Of a stretch of DNA of 64,000 bases, positions 32,695-46,790 are shown piece by piece. The translations under genes were made by a program, and so were the position numbers. The notes beneath the pieces were generated by a model. That model was given only the letters and a program-made list of their open reading frames with translations, ran no database searches and was not told the DNA's origin. Position 1 is the first letter of the stretch, and every line of letters starts with the position of its first letter. This DNA comes from Eledone cirrhosa. Its lineage: Eukaryota. Where the stretch lies: assembly GCA_964016885.1 (NCBI GenBank), contig OZ024741.1:373798001-373862000 (forward strand), given 5' to 3'.

Positions 32695-35228
32695 TCTAAA
32701 CTATAATAAAGCAAGGAGTGCAGGACTGCATCTAGAATATAATTTTTTATCCCGTTTGTAAAATAAGTTGCATTACTTTCAATAAATAATGAATGAATAT
32801 TACATAATTTATCTACTAAAATTCGTAACATGATTAAACATATATTTCAATACTTCCGGTATATCTATAGAGAGAGAGATTGAAAGAGAAAGATGAAGCG
32901 ATTATTAATTTTTTTGTTTTAACATATATTTATACATACATGACAGAGAGTGAATATGGGACGCAGAAAACAGTTCTCATCTAAACCCCAACGCATGGCA
33001 GCAGACGCACAACGACATAGAGAGAAGAGGGCAAATCAATAATCGCTCTACAACATCCCAACAAATTTCTACAAATGTAATTCAGTTAACACACCAACAA
33101 CAACTTGCAACAAATACGCCAAACGTTCAGAGAGGAAGGAACAGGTCTGGCAAAGAATCCTACAGATGAACCTTTCCAAGAGCAAACTGTTCTTTCCATA
33201 ATGCCGCAACATAATGCAGGGAGTCTCTTTGCCTCTGTTTGTCCGCACTGCAAAGCTTATCGCTGGCCGCATGAACCCAAATCTCTGTGCTTCTTCCAGG
33301 GAAAAGTGAAACTCCCTCAACTTCCTCCTCCTCCACCAAATATACTGAAATATTTCGATATCACTCAAGCAGGAAATTCTTTTCTCCATAAGATACGTGC
33401 ATATAACAATGTGCTTGCCTTAGCTTCAATTGGTTGCAAAGAGATTAAAGCACACCAGGATTTAGTCCCACATTTAAGATCCAAGGTAAGATTTGTCATA
33501 TTATTGGATCACTACTTCCGAGTAATGCTTCACCCAAGTTTGCGCAGCTTTACTTCTATGATACAGATCATGAGCTTAAGAATCGCTTGCATCATGGAAA
33601 TTTAGATGCTGCTGTCCTGCAGGACCTGCAAGAAGACTTGCACTACTGCAACACCTATATAAGAAGCTTCAAGTCAGTCATTGAAATGCCAGTCTCTGAA
33701 AATGTGAATACTGTCCTACATGCTGACAAAGTAAAACCCACTGATTTTTATTGTCGCATATATAATCTTCCCATGGCATCTGAGATTGCTGTTATTCAAC
33801 CTGATACAGCATTAGGTCTTTTGGATGTCATTCATAAAAGAGATGGTGGTCTTCAGAGGATTCATCAGTTGCACCGTTCTTATGACCCTCTGCATTGTGT
33901 GCTACTGTTTCCTTGGGGGAATGATGGGTTTCAGGTTGGTTTGAAAAGGATTGACAACAACCACACACTCACACCCACTGATTTATACTGTTATCGGTTT
34001 CAGGTTAGGCAAGGTGACTGTAACATTATCATGAAGAGCAGGCGGCTGATGCTGCAATATGCTGTAGATGCCCAGGCAAAAATAGAACATTGTCGCCTCA
34101 AATGGGCCCGAACAATCAAACCATGATACGAGCTGAAAAGTATGAGGGTTTTATGATGCTGTGGCTGAGGGAGATTCAGTAAATGCAGGCCGGAGAATTG
34201 TTCTTCCTCTTTCAATCTATGGTTCACCTCGCTTCTACAGTGAGTGCTTTCAGAATTCGATAACTGTGGTTCGACACGTGGGAAAGCCATCTTATTTCAT
34301 CACGGTAATAACTAACCCTAACTGGGATGAAATAAAAAATAGTTTGCACCCTGGTGAAGAACCTAGAGACCGTCCTGCGATTTGTGCAAGTGTCTTCAAG
34401 ATCAAGTATGACAGCATCATGAAAAGAAATGTCCTAAGAAAAGTTGTGGCTCATTCTGCTACAATAGAGTGGCAGAAACGAGGCCTCACTCATGCTCATA
34501 TTCTGTTGATAATGGCGAAAAATAGCAAACCCAAAACTGATGATGCCATTGATTAGGTAGTGTACTGTGAGATTCCTGATAAAGAGACCAATCCAATTCA
34601 GCATAATATCATCACATCCTGCAACATTCATGGCCCATGTGGACAAGCTAATATGATGTGCCCATGTATGGAAGGGCTAGGACAACAACGCCATTAATTA
34701 AAAAGTTATCCCAAGTCATTCAGACAAACCACATTTGTTGCCTAAAATTCCAAGTACAAGATTCCTATCAATGTGACTGCTGAATCAACTTGCTTCTTCA
34801 CAAAGAGGGATGACATAGGTAAACTTATGCAGCAAGCTGACCTGCTAATCATTGATGAGATAGGTATGGGACATAAGCATATCTTTGAATGCCTTGACAG
34901 GAGCTTAAAAGATGTTCGAGATTGCAAAAAACCATTTGGTGGTCTAACAGTATTACTATCTGGTGACTGGAAGCAACTTCTTCCAGTTGTACGTCATGGT
35001 GCTAGACCAAAAATAGTTGAGGCAACCATCAAGAGATCCTATCTCTGGGACTATGTGGAAACCATGGAGATGACAACCAATCAACGGTTAATTAATACAG
35101 AGGATTCTGATGAAAGACAGTTTGCAAACTACCTTCTTGATGTGGGAAATGGTAACATTCCAACTGTTCCAACTGTAGGTGCATTCACAATTCTTCTGCC
35201 AAATGAACTTTGTCTGGAATATGGTAAT
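32695..35228 (+). mobile_element. Helitron, degenerate and internally deleted (Rep plus Pif1-like helicase)
   Basis: 5' A|TCTAAACTATAATAAA; HRSYDPLHCVLLFPWG; YFITVITNPNWDEI; IEWQKRGLTHAHILL (HUH); LIIDEIGM; FGGLTVLLSGDWKQLLPV. Confidence 0.93.
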
Positions 35229-35415
35229 ACTTGTCTCACTCGCTTTACGCGATTTACTTGTCCCAATAGCTTTTTTTAGTTATTGCTCGCACCAACCTGA
35301 GGTATATGATTTTTAATGCGATGAAATACCAATGATGGTTGGCAAATCACTGACGGGGGACTAATTTTATAATATGTAACCCATGTGCAACCGCGCAGTA
35401 TTCCTCTTTCTTCTC

Positions 35416-35455
<40 letters not shown>

Positions 35456-35476
35456 GTATAATAAACAATACAATAT

Positions 35477-35556
35477 AATTACCTCATTACCAGAGGTTTC
35501 CCGAATAAGACGAATACGAAAAAAACGTCCTCATTCGTTCGTCGGACAAGGTAATA
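35477..35556 (-). ncRNA. Hammerhead motif with core CCGACGA (U4 mutated); family of 40535
   Basis: ccttgt-CCGACGA-a-cgaatga..ttattcg-g-GAAA-cc(tct)gg-TA-atgagg. Confidence 0.6.
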
Positions 35557-35871
35557 TAAAACATAGTGATATATTTGGAAAGTCTCATCAAGAAATGCAA
35601 AAAATATATAAATAAAAGTAATGCAAGAGATATATTAAAAAATATAGAAAAATATACAAAAAATATAAGGAAATATAGTTAGGTATGTATATATGTATGT
35701 ATATACACTCACAAATGTACATATGTGTGTATGTACAAATGCATGTGTATGGTAAAAATGTGTGCGTAAGTACATATATGAGGGCATATATGTACTTACG
35801 CACACATACATATATATGTATATATATGTATATATGTATATGTATATGTATATATATATGTATATATGTAT

Positions 35872-36043
<172 letters not shown>

Positions 36044-36066
36044 GTATATATATATATATGTGTGTG

Positions 36067-36099
<33 letters not shown>

Positions 36100-36110
36100 G
36101 TATATATAAA

Positions 36111-36141
<31 letters not shown>

Positions 36142-36186
36142 ATATATATGTATATATAAATATATATATATATGTATATATATATG

Positions 36187-36256
<70 letters not shown>

Positions 36257-36408
36257 TACAGTATTTTCCGTTGTGTTGTAATATAAATATTACACACAGT
36301 AGATTATCAGCTCACGTAGAGTTTGCTCGACGGTTCCAGTTGTAGTTCCAAAAGTAATCCGGAGAAAAATAGAAAGATTTGAATGGATACAGTTTAGTTG
36401 AAAGGAAT

Positions 36409-36525
36409 TTATTGACACGTGTTTCTATAACAGTTACATAACCTAAAACAGCTATCTACAAACTTTTAGTTATGCAGACATTCAATATTTCAATGTTATT
36501 ATTTACTGTCATTTCATCAGAATAA
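36409..36525 (-). ncRNA. Hammerhead with branched stem II in PLE-like 3' remnant (36250-36790)
   Basis: ttatt-CTGATGA-a-atgacagt...actgttat-a-GAAA-c(acgt)g-TC-aataa; palindromic loop III; GUC site. Confidence 0.75.
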
Positions 36526-36836
36526 TATTACTGAGGACCTATTTAGTTTTTATAGAGAATATTAGGAGGGAGGGGTGAAGTTGTTAGAAGAATAGTTGAA
36601 GGAGTGGTTTTTCGATAGCAGTGAGAATTCTTGGTGGCAGTGAGTAATTAGATTCCCATCTGTTGTTTTGACATTTTTTATAGAATATATTATTGGTTAT
36701 TTTTCTAAATCTATAGAAGGATTAGAGATAGTAAAGATATGCGTGGTTGGTTTTGTGTTTGCACTTAATTAACATTCAGACTTAAATTTTTATATATATA
36801 TGTATATATATATATATATATATAAATTTTTATATA

Positions 36837-37082
<246 letters not shown>

Positions 37083-37083
37083 A

Positions 37084-37140
<57 letters not shown>

Positions 37141-37146
37141 TAAATA

Positions 37147-37215
<69 letters not shown>

Positions 37216-37320
37216 GTATATATATATATATGTATATATATATATGTATATATATGTATATATATATATATGTATATATATATATGTATATATATGTATA
37301 TATATATATGTATATATATG

Positions 37321-37351
<31 letters not shown>

Positions 37352-37395
37352 GTATATATATGTATATATATATATATGTATATATATATGTATGT

Positions 37396-37467
<72 letters not shown>

Positions 37468-37495
37468 GTATATATATGTATGTATATATATATAT

Positions 37496-37532
<37 letters not shown>

Positions 37533-37549
37533 AATATATATATATATAC

Positions 37550-37608
<59 letters not shown>

Positions 37609-37609
37609 A

Positions 37610-38249
37610 ACTAGACATGGCGATACAGGAGACAGAAAAAAAAGAAGAGGAGGCAGAAGAACCTGTGCGTGGCTTGGACATAAAAACTCTAAGAGAATGT
37701 CTCGGGAGTATCGAAACAATCTTAGAAACCCTTAAGGAGCGTGACCCCAACCCTGCTAGGAGCAGCAAAGTGGCTCAAGACGTCGAGAAAAGTGTCAAGA
37801 TTTACCAAGAAATGTATGAAGCCAAAAGAAACACCGCCAAATAGTCCTCCAGCTACTCTTTCTTCAAGCCAGTCACACCTGCCAACCGTGCTACAGCTGG
37901 GCTGGCCCTTCAACATCCCCTGCAGTCGACGAGTTTGTTGGTTTTGAGCCTCCCACATCACCCTCATCTTCCCCTGCCAACTCAGCCCAAGATGAGTAAG
38001 GGCTGAAACCCATACTGTCCCTTAGCCTCGGGAGGGACAAATGAAGAGGCACATCGTCTGATGGATTACGTGGCATGTATAAGGTACAGTAAATAAAAAA
38101 AAAACATTATTTCTTTTCTGTAGGGATGACATTTTCGATGTGCTGGAACGCATCCCTATCTATTTCATGTTATAATGGGTTCTTTATACGGTAATTCGAT
38201 ATACTGTAAGGGTTTCAGGAACGCATATATACCGTATATCGAGGACTCA

Positions 38250-38252
<3 letters not shown>
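37610..38252 (+). mobile_element. Tigger/pogo DNA transposon right end
   Basis: Acidic transposase C-terminus (..[19 protein letters not shown]); TIR cgtatatcgaggactcactg followed by TA. Confidence 0.75.
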
Positions 38253-38306
<54 letters not shown>

Positions 38307-38311
38307 TATAC

Positions 38312-38353
<42 letters not shown>

Positions 38354-38449
38354 TATTTAAGTATCGAGAGAGAGAAGGAGGGATAGGCGATACATGTAGT
38401 TATTTGCCAATAGCGTATGCAGAGGGTGCATATATATATATATATATAT

Positions 38450-38597
38450 CAGATGGACCATAACGCACCAGAGTACTCAATACTTAGGGTAGTAGAGTGG
38501 GTAATAGGAACATGTTAGACCCCGACGGCAGAGCTCAAGCCGTTTCGAAAGCCGTCGAAACGGCTTGAGCTCTGCCGTCGGGGTCTAACATTTTCAT
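38450..38597. mobile_element. Fold-back island, family H-A
   Basis: tgttagaccccgacggcagagctcaagccgtttcga is perfectly mirrored around aagccg. Confidence 0.8.
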
Positions 38598-38620
38598 ATA
38601 TATATATATATATATATATA

Positions 38621-38800
38621 TTGTTTCTACTTTAGGCACAAGGCCAGCAATTATCCCAGTGCATTACTGGTGCTTTAATTTATCGACCCCGTAAGGATGA
38701 AAGGCAAAGTTAACCTCAGCGGGATTTGAACTCAGATTGTAAATATCGCCATAATTCTATGCTGCAAAGACGCTCTACCGACACTGCCAATCCACCGCCC
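38621..38800 (-). mobile_element. SINE family B
   Basis: Reverse-complement homology; similar minus copies at 31878, 55095 and 60275. Confidence 0.82.
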
Positions 38801-39414
38801 GATATTTTCTATTATAATGTATTCTCACTTTACTTTTATACATAACTATTTCATTTCCTTTTTCTTCCACTTTCATAATATAGTGAAATTGGTGTGAATA
38901 GTAGTGGAAACAAAAAGGTAAAATGAATGAAACAAAGGCAGATACATATTTTTTTGTCATATGCCTTATGGCGATTTGACAATTTTTTAAAAGCTTCATT
39001 AACGCATATAAAATTGTATGAAATAAGTGATTTTGGTATTGAATTTCAGTTTGCTAAACTATACTAAAATTCGGGATATTTCTCTCGAAAACAGAAAAGC
39101 TATTGTACATTAAGAAGACATGATTTTGATTCAGTTAACATGAAAAAGGTTAGGAGAATTTTAACAAAACCAAGTGTATAAAGTAATATGATGAATAGTT
39201 CCTAGACTGGGTAGAAAATATTTAATACATGCAAAGCAAGAAAGATCTTTGAAATAGTTTAGCTGAAATTCCCTCAAGCACAATGTCAATTTGTAGTTTA
39301 CAGTTTCGAGAAGAATCTGAAATTGCAGTATTGAACGTTGTAATGAAACAAGCCAATACCTTTGTAGGAAACATTTAGTAATTGGTAGAGTACTGTCAAC
39401 TGGTGAAGTTTCAA

Positions 39415-40030
39415 TTTATTTTTCGGTGTATAAGACGCACGTTTTTTGTTACACACAAACCTTCCTGCTTCCTCTACTATACAACAGTTGTCTCACGTAA
39501 TAGAGTATGGTTGGTAATAAGTATCATGCTTTGGCGAAGGGTCCATGCAGTCGCGAGCAAACACAAGCGTCCACTCGGCTCTCTTTCCCATGGTTCACAA
39601 ATTTGACGTCAAAAACCTCCTGCCGTCACTCGCAATCGTGTATGACTTAATAGTATCCCTATACTTTCTCTAAAGGTTTAGGTACCAATGCTGCCCAGTT
39701 GCGAGCGGACACAGACATTCTCTCGGTCCTGTCTCTCTTGCTGTAGTGAAACATCTGAAAGGAGAGAGAGCTGTACCAGCACTAGGCTAGTACTTCCTTT
39801 ACCGACCCCGAAGGGATGATAGGCAAAGTAGACCTCGACGTAATTTGAACTCAGACTGCAGAGACCCAGAACAAATATCCAATGTTCTAATGGCTCGGCC
39901 AAATCGACACCCTCCCCTGGTTCATGTACGCAGAATATTACATAGTGCAACGATCTTTTGTTCTTTTTGTTTCAAATTTTTTTCTCGAAAATAGGGATGC
40001 GTCTTATACAACGACGCATCTAACATAAAA
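39415..40030. mobile_element. Degenerate pogo-like MITE containing a SINE piece
   Basis: ttttcggtgtataagacgca versus tgcgtcttataca near 40000. Confidence 0.5.
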
Positions 40031-40534
40031 AAAGTAAATGTTCAAACATTTCAATGATATTTGTGCCAATATTGACTTCATGTGACACAGTAAACACCCT
40101 ACTATATAACAATAGTACATTCTGGGGTTAACATATGATGTATTAGGAAACATGTTTCAGTGAGTGTGCTGGTGAATTAGTGAAAATTGTAGATCACCTA
40201 GTGTGTAAACACAAAGGTAACAGGCTTCTTAACTCTTGATGGAGTTGTGGGGTACCATTCTGACACACTATGGGTATTGGGTATTTTAAACCTGGCGGAG
40301 TCCGTCTATCTTGATTGTGAAAATTAGTAAAAATGTGTTAGCGTGAGCTTCTTAATATTCCAGATGGTGGGACTCATCAGTAATTGACAAATCATAAATT
40401 GTGATACTTTACTTACAATTTAGAGGGCGTGAGGTTTTTTAGTGACCTTCCTAATTTCGTATATCTAAAGATATACGGTAATATATATACACATATATAT
40501 ATATATATTTAATCTATAATAAACAATACAGTAT

Positions 40535-40612
40535 AATTACCTCATTACCAGAGGTTTCCCGAATAAGACGAATACAAGAAACGTCCGCATTTGTTCGTCA
40601 GACAAGGCAATT
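40535..40612 (-). ncRNA. Hammerhead with intact core in island 40515-40870 (3' half mirrored at 40807-40870)
   Basis: aattgccttgt-CTGACGA-(stem II)-GAAA-cc(tct)gg-TA-atgaggtaatt; 11-bp stem I with G-U pairs. Confidence 0.75.
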
Positions 40613-41033
40613 TAAAACAGTGAAATATTTGAAAAATCTCCTCAAGAAAGGCAAAAGTTTAACGGGCAAAAAAAAATAATAAATAAAAGTAATAATACAA
40701 GAGATGTATAAAAAATAAAAATAAAGAAATATAGTAAGGAGATGTGTGTAAATGTGTGTATATGCACATACATATGTACATATGTACATGTATGTACAAA
40801 TGCATGTGTATTCGTCTTATTCGGGAAACCTCTGGTAATGAGGTAATTATACTGTATTGTTTATTATACATTAAATATTTAGCTCTGTAACTTACATAGA
40901 ACACTCTTCATTCCTCTGACTTTTTCAATTTTCAACGGAAACTTCAATACTTATACATACATACATACATACATACATACATACATACATACATACATAC
41001 ATACATACATACATACATACATACATACATACA

Positions 41034-41064
<31 letters not shown>

Positions 41065-42279
41065 TATATACATTCATACAACTGTATTATTATCTTATAG
41101 TCTCCTAAGTAAATTTGAAATCTTAGTAGAGCTGTCTTATTAACCATCCTATCTGAAATAGAGAACACTTACCTGGACATTATTCAGTAAGTTTGGATAT
41201 CAAGGAATTGTTGGTAATCCAGCACAAATAGGAAACTGCTTAGGTGGCTGCCAAAAAAAAAAACTTCACGAACAAATTCCAACAGTTTCTCTCTCAAGTT
41301 AATCTTGTCATCCGTCTCTTATCAATGTCTCAGGTCCACCAGCTTGAATATTTTGTCTGTTTCTGCTCTTTGTTTACATGAAACTGTCTGTAACTGAACA
41401 CTGGCGACACTGGCGGCGCTATTTACATCAATGAGATCAGCAAATGAAGGTTACCTTGCAGTCAGTTACTTATACAGCGACCTTGTCATCGTGAAAGTCC
41501 TCCATATTGAAGACAATAAAGTTCAACGCGTTTCGTTTTTATCAAGGGATAGTCTGTCAAATCTTCACTTTTATTGTGAGTGTCGTCAGATGGGTGAATC
41601 AGCTATATGCTGGATCAAGATATAGCTAGCTAGTGATATGTTGAACTTTATAAGACTCCTACGTATTTATACCATCCTATTTACAGGCTTAAAACCTCGG
41701 ATAGAATGCTTTGCGGTGTTCGTTTCGGCTCTCTGCTCTCTGAGTTCAAATCCCGCCCAGTTCAGCTTTGCCTTTCATCCAATCGGTGTCGATAAAAAAA
41801 AGTACCAGTCAAGGACCAAGGTCGATTCTTCCTCTATATCTCTTCCTCACTTCCATTCTCTCACTCTCTATTCTTGTCTGGAAGAAATCATCTGTATTCA
41901 GACCTGAAGAAAACATGGGCTCCACCGGGGTTTAAAATGCCCTAGAAACGCCGCTACGACTCTCAAAGAGTTACGGGACCCTGTCTAGTACTGAAGTCGA
42001 TTCAATATGCATTTCCTGTTTACACCCAACTTTTCGATACTGACCATTCAATAACATAACAAAGTAAACCTATAATTGATGGTCATTCAATAACATAACT
42101 AAGTAAACCTATAATCGATGGTCTCTACAAATATGAACTTATAAGTCGGATGTAGAAGGATCACTAATCCACAATTGTATCATTATCGGGAGTGAAATGT
42201 TCATGTTGTAAATTAGCTGACTTCCTCGCGTATTTCTTTTCTGTCTCAAATATCTAAATTAAATCTATTATATATATAC

Positions 42280-42357
<78 letters not shown>

Positions 42358-42368
42358 TTATATATATT

Positions 42369-42401
<33 letters not shown>

Positions 42402-42591
42402 GTATATATATATGTGTGTGTGCGTATATATATGTATATGTGTGTGTGTATATATATGAATGTATATATATATATATATATATTAGTCGTTGGCTGGACT
42501 AAAAAGTCACACTTGTTCAGCGCATCGGTAGGGGTTCTCCTACATGGATATAAAGTAGTGGCCGTACTCGAAAACGAGTTGGCAGCCACCA

Positions 42592-42654
<63 letters not shown>

Positions 42655-42657
<3 letters not shown>

Positions 42658-42720
42658 TCTTTTACTCTTTTACCTGTTTCAGCCATCCGATCCGGCTGAG
42701 GCCATGCTGGGGCACCGCAT
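42655..42720 (-). mobile_element. Isolated CR1-type 3' tail
   Basis: Reverse complement similar to 14949-14999. Confidence 0.7.
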
Positions 42721-42751
42721 GTATATATATATATATATATATATACATATA

Positions 42752-42838
<87 letters not shown>

Positions 42839-43253
42839 GCACACATAAACACACACACACACACAGGTGTGTGTATATATATATTCGGTGGAGTTTTTCA
42901 GTGAAATGTTCTGCTAGTATATTCTTTTTATATTGAAGAAGTTGAATGTATATTCCTGTTGATTTTATTGTTCACACAAATATGTTCAGTGACTCTTTCA
43001 AATGCTACTGTTTATTGTGTATGTAACAATAACATCGTGCCTCATAGGAAGGTAACATCTCGGTGACATTTTAGAACAATTGTTAATTATGTGTTGTCTC
43101 AACTGCGGGATATCTTCTGTTACTTTATAGAAATATAGAGGCTTTTTATTTATTTTATATTATTTGTATTAGTTATGGTTAACATGCTACTGTGTAACTA
43201 TTTTTGTACAGATGACGAAAGGGTATTCTTCAAAAAAGACCCATTACTCTCAG

Positions 43254-43364
<111 letters not shown>

Positions 43365-43383
43365 TATTAAAATAACAGATTAA

Positions 43384-43434
43384 AGTTTAAGCAAAGAATC
43401 GCTGCTTTCATCCTTAACGGGATCTTCTGAAACT
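43384..43434 (-). ncRNA. Degenerate hammerhead (core CAGAAGA) in fold-back island
   Basis: agttt-core-tcc(cgttaa)ggat-GAAA-gcag(cgattct)ttgc-TT-aaact; relative at 9871 retains CTGAAGA. Confidence 0.55.
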
Positions 43435-43649
43435 CTGTTATTTTAATAAATATTTGCTCTACGGTTCTTATATATTTGATATATATTTATCTTTATCGAG
43501 CCCTCTTTGGATTTTAGTCTTCAAATTTATATATATATATAGGAAAAGTAAAAAAGAAAAACAATAACAAGGTGTGTAGTTACGAACAGTGTTGGTATTA
43601 GGTTCACGCTTGATATATGTATCACGCTATATATATATATATATAAAAC

Positions 43650-43965
43650 AAAGAGAGTGTGGTAAGATACCAGGTGGACCATAACGCACCAGAGTACTCA
43701 ATACTTAGGGTAGTAGAGTGGGTAATAGGAAGAGAGTCAGGAGCCCGAAGGATGAACTCCGGCCGTTTCTACAGCTAAATCTGAACAGTTCTAGCTGTCG
43801 AAACGGCCGGAGCTCAGCCGTCGGGGTCCTGACTCTCTCTCTATATATATATATAGGAAAATGTATGACCCCGACGGCAGAGCTCAAGCCGTTTCGACGG
43901 CTATTTCTGTATTGAGTACTCTGGTGCATTATGGTCCATCTGGTTCCTTACGACAACTCCTTCGT

Positions 43966-43966
<1 letters not shown>
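43650..43966. mobile_element. Two adjacent rearranged family H-A islands
   Basis: Hairpin 43725-43838; second piece joins opposite orientations near 43908. Confidence 0.7.
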
Positions 43967-43996
<30 letters not shown>

Positions 43997-44219
43997 ATAT
44001 ATTGATGCTGGCATTATTTTCCGAGTTTACAGAGCACATTCGTATACCCAATTCCCTTTTATATATTTCTTCTATGCCTCTGCAGGCCTTACATGGTCGC
44101 GCGAACAGATACAGCTAAATCTCCCTCGAATTAAAACCATTACGGTGGGGTTAGTATGTATTTTATAATGTAGTAATAGCAGCATTATTTAAATATTGGA
44201 CGTATCGTTATCTAGAAGT

Positions 44220-44490
44220 TAAAGAAACATTTATTTCAAAGTGATTCAAACGTTTTAAATAGACGTTATTTCAATACTGGATAGCAACGTGTTAAGAAAC
44301 TCTCAGGAGAGCTGAACTGCAGGTCTTCAGAGAAATACCACCCAAGTCCCCTTAAAGAAACGTTATTCCAATACTTGATTGCAGCGTGTTAAGAAACTCT
44401 CAGGAGAGCTGAATAGCAGAAGGTCTTCAAAGAAGCACCACTCAAGTAAGTATTTCGGTCCCTTAAAGAAACATTATTTCGATACTGGAT
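44220..44490. repeat. Tandem repeat with ~100-bp unit, 2-3 copies
   Basis: cgtgttaagaaactctcaggagagctgaa twice; acgttatt.caatact-like starts at 44263, 44360 and 44471. Confidence 0.75.
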
Positions 44491-44578
44491 AATATTGTAA
44501 CTTTAAAAACACAGTGAAGAAATCTGAACAATTTTTATTACAATACTTGGACGTACTGTTATATACTGTTGTTATATA

Positions 44579-44991
44579 CAGGGCGTTTCAAAAGATTAGA
44601 TATGATTTGAAATTTAAATTTCCCAGAAACTACCACTATACGATGGTCGGTTGAAAAATTCATAGGCTGACCAAGATACTCTTATGGAATGACTAAATGG
44701 GGTTTATTTTTCAACATAGTCCTTGGAAAGAAACAATGCAGTTATTAATAAGAACAGTTGAAATTAATACATGCCAGATTTCACAGCTCAAGCATCATTC
44801 CTTCATAGCCAGTTTATGAACTTTTCAGCCCACACTCGTATATTGAGAATTAGTCTTATAATAATTGACAAGTTCTGAGAAATAAATCTTATGCTGCTCA
44901 ACAATAAAACAGCTGAGTCTTGTTGTCCTAGACTTTGTAGTTTCTGGGATATTTACATCTCAAATAATATTAAATTTGTTGAAACACCCTG
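44579..44991. mobile_element. Tc1/mariner-type MITE with a second mariner MITE (44641-44838) nested inside
   Basis: Outer TIR cagggcgtttcaa / ttgaaacaccctg; inner TA-cgatggtcggttgaaaaattcata..tatgaacttttcagcccacactcg-TA; partial inner-type copy at 58650-58733. Confidence 0.75.
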
Positions 44992-46069
44992 AACTTCTAT
45001 ATATACACTGATTCTTAGAAAACTTTTACGTGTGTATGTATGTATGTAGGTTTTTGGTAAATATCATCTTAGTTAAGAGAGTGGGACTGGCTTTGTGCAG
45101 TGCCTTTGCTCACTATAAAAGCTTCACGGCACAGGCATTGCTTTGTATCTGGAGATCTCCCTGCACTTGTCATCACAGGGTACAATGGGCCCAGCACTAT
45201 GTGTCAGTAATTGTCACAAGTGTAGTGTTTGTACCAGAGTGTTCAAGTCGCTGGCTGGACTAAAAAGTCACATTCGTTCAGCGCATCAGTAGGGGTTCTC
45301 CTACATGGATATAAAGTAGTGGCCGTAGTCGAAAACGAGTTGGAAGCCACCATGTAGGTATGTATGTATGTATGTATGTATGTATGTTCTTCTGGTTTTA
45401 TAATTTCACAAATGTTTGCCAATAGAGAGAGAGTCGGTTTCTAACATATTGGAATTTACACATCAACTAGGTAGATATGTATGCGTGCATGTGTGCGCAG
45501 GTATGGATGTTATTGTATGTGTAGATGTGTATCTTTTGAGTTGTATGTGTGCATGTGCATATGCTTTGTATCTGTACAAGTGTATATGTAGCTATTAGAT
45601 GCAGAATTTTGGGAATGTTTTATGTATATATGTATGTATGTATGTATGTATGTACATGGTACCATGGGCCCAGCACTATGTGTCAATAATTGTCACAAGT
45701 GTAGTGTTTGTACCAGAGTTTTCAAGTCGCTGGCTGGACTAAAAAGCCACACTCGTTCAGCGCATCGGTAGGGGTTCTCCTACATGGATATAAAGTAGTG
45801 GCCGTACTCGAAAACGAGTTGGCAGCCATCATGTATGTATGTATATATGTATGTATGTATTAGCGTCCGAAACGTTAAGACTCTCTTCCTGCTATATCAA
45901 GCGTTAACCTAATATATTCCTTCCATATACTGTACTGGTTGTGTTGTTATTCCTGTTTACCTTTTGCATACATATGCATGTATATATGTATATTTGTGCG
46001 TGTATATATATATCTGTATGTGTATATATGTGTGTGTGTTTACTTAAGTATATATATATATTTATATTA

Positions 46070-46790
46070 TAGTCAAGTCGCTTTCGAACGCTACTGTAAC
46101 CCTGTACAACCCCACCCAAGCCTGCTTGGTCAAGAAGGTGATGTTTGGACACCTTGTAAGATAAAAAACAAAACACATGACAGGGTAGAGGAACACGTGA
46201 AAGTCAACCGGCCATCTGTCTACGTATACATGCGAAGACTGGATCCGGCAGACTACGGGAAGGCGATCACCGCATGGTGGTCCAACGGGTATAGAGGTAG
46301 ACTTAGCAAAACATTGTGGGACCCAGTTAGGGCACAGTGTGACATGTATAACACTGATGGCGATCTACTGCATCTCGACTAAGTCTTTAAACTCATTCCC
46401 ACGACATCCAGTCCTGTGGTGAGGAGGAGCAAATGGCGAAGTAGTATATGTGTATACACAGAAAACTGTAGTTACAAATCTGTACACAAGCGACCCAGAA
46501 TATAGGATCGCTCTCCACTGCACGATGTAGCAGTGGAACTCGATAGTATCCCGTCGGTGTCTGAGCAGCCCATTCTAGGTTTGGATTGGCATCACCTGTC
46601 AACGCTGTACTCATAACCAAGATCCTCCACCCAACATTGAAGTCATGGTTGTTTTCGACTTCGAAGGACGAACAACAACGAAGTGTAAAAAAAATGAAAT
46701 GGGATAGTCCCGGATGGAACATAGTTCTATTCAATTATGACTGGTTCAGAGTTAAACAACAATAACAACAACATCAACAGCAACAGCAAC
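46070..46790 (+). mobile_element. Third RTE-5'UTR-headed non-autonomous element with (CAA)n tail
   Basis: Head gctactg..gtacaaccccacc..ggtgatgtttggacaccttg matches the 4400 family; the body differs. Confidence 0.55.

Noticed and set aside
41160-41460. Possible minus-strand host exon with a caggtaagt donor
   Set aside because: In-frame stops and no recognisable domain.
41520-41595. Minus-strand CTGACGA ... GAAACGCGTT
   Set aside because: Stems I and II do not pair.
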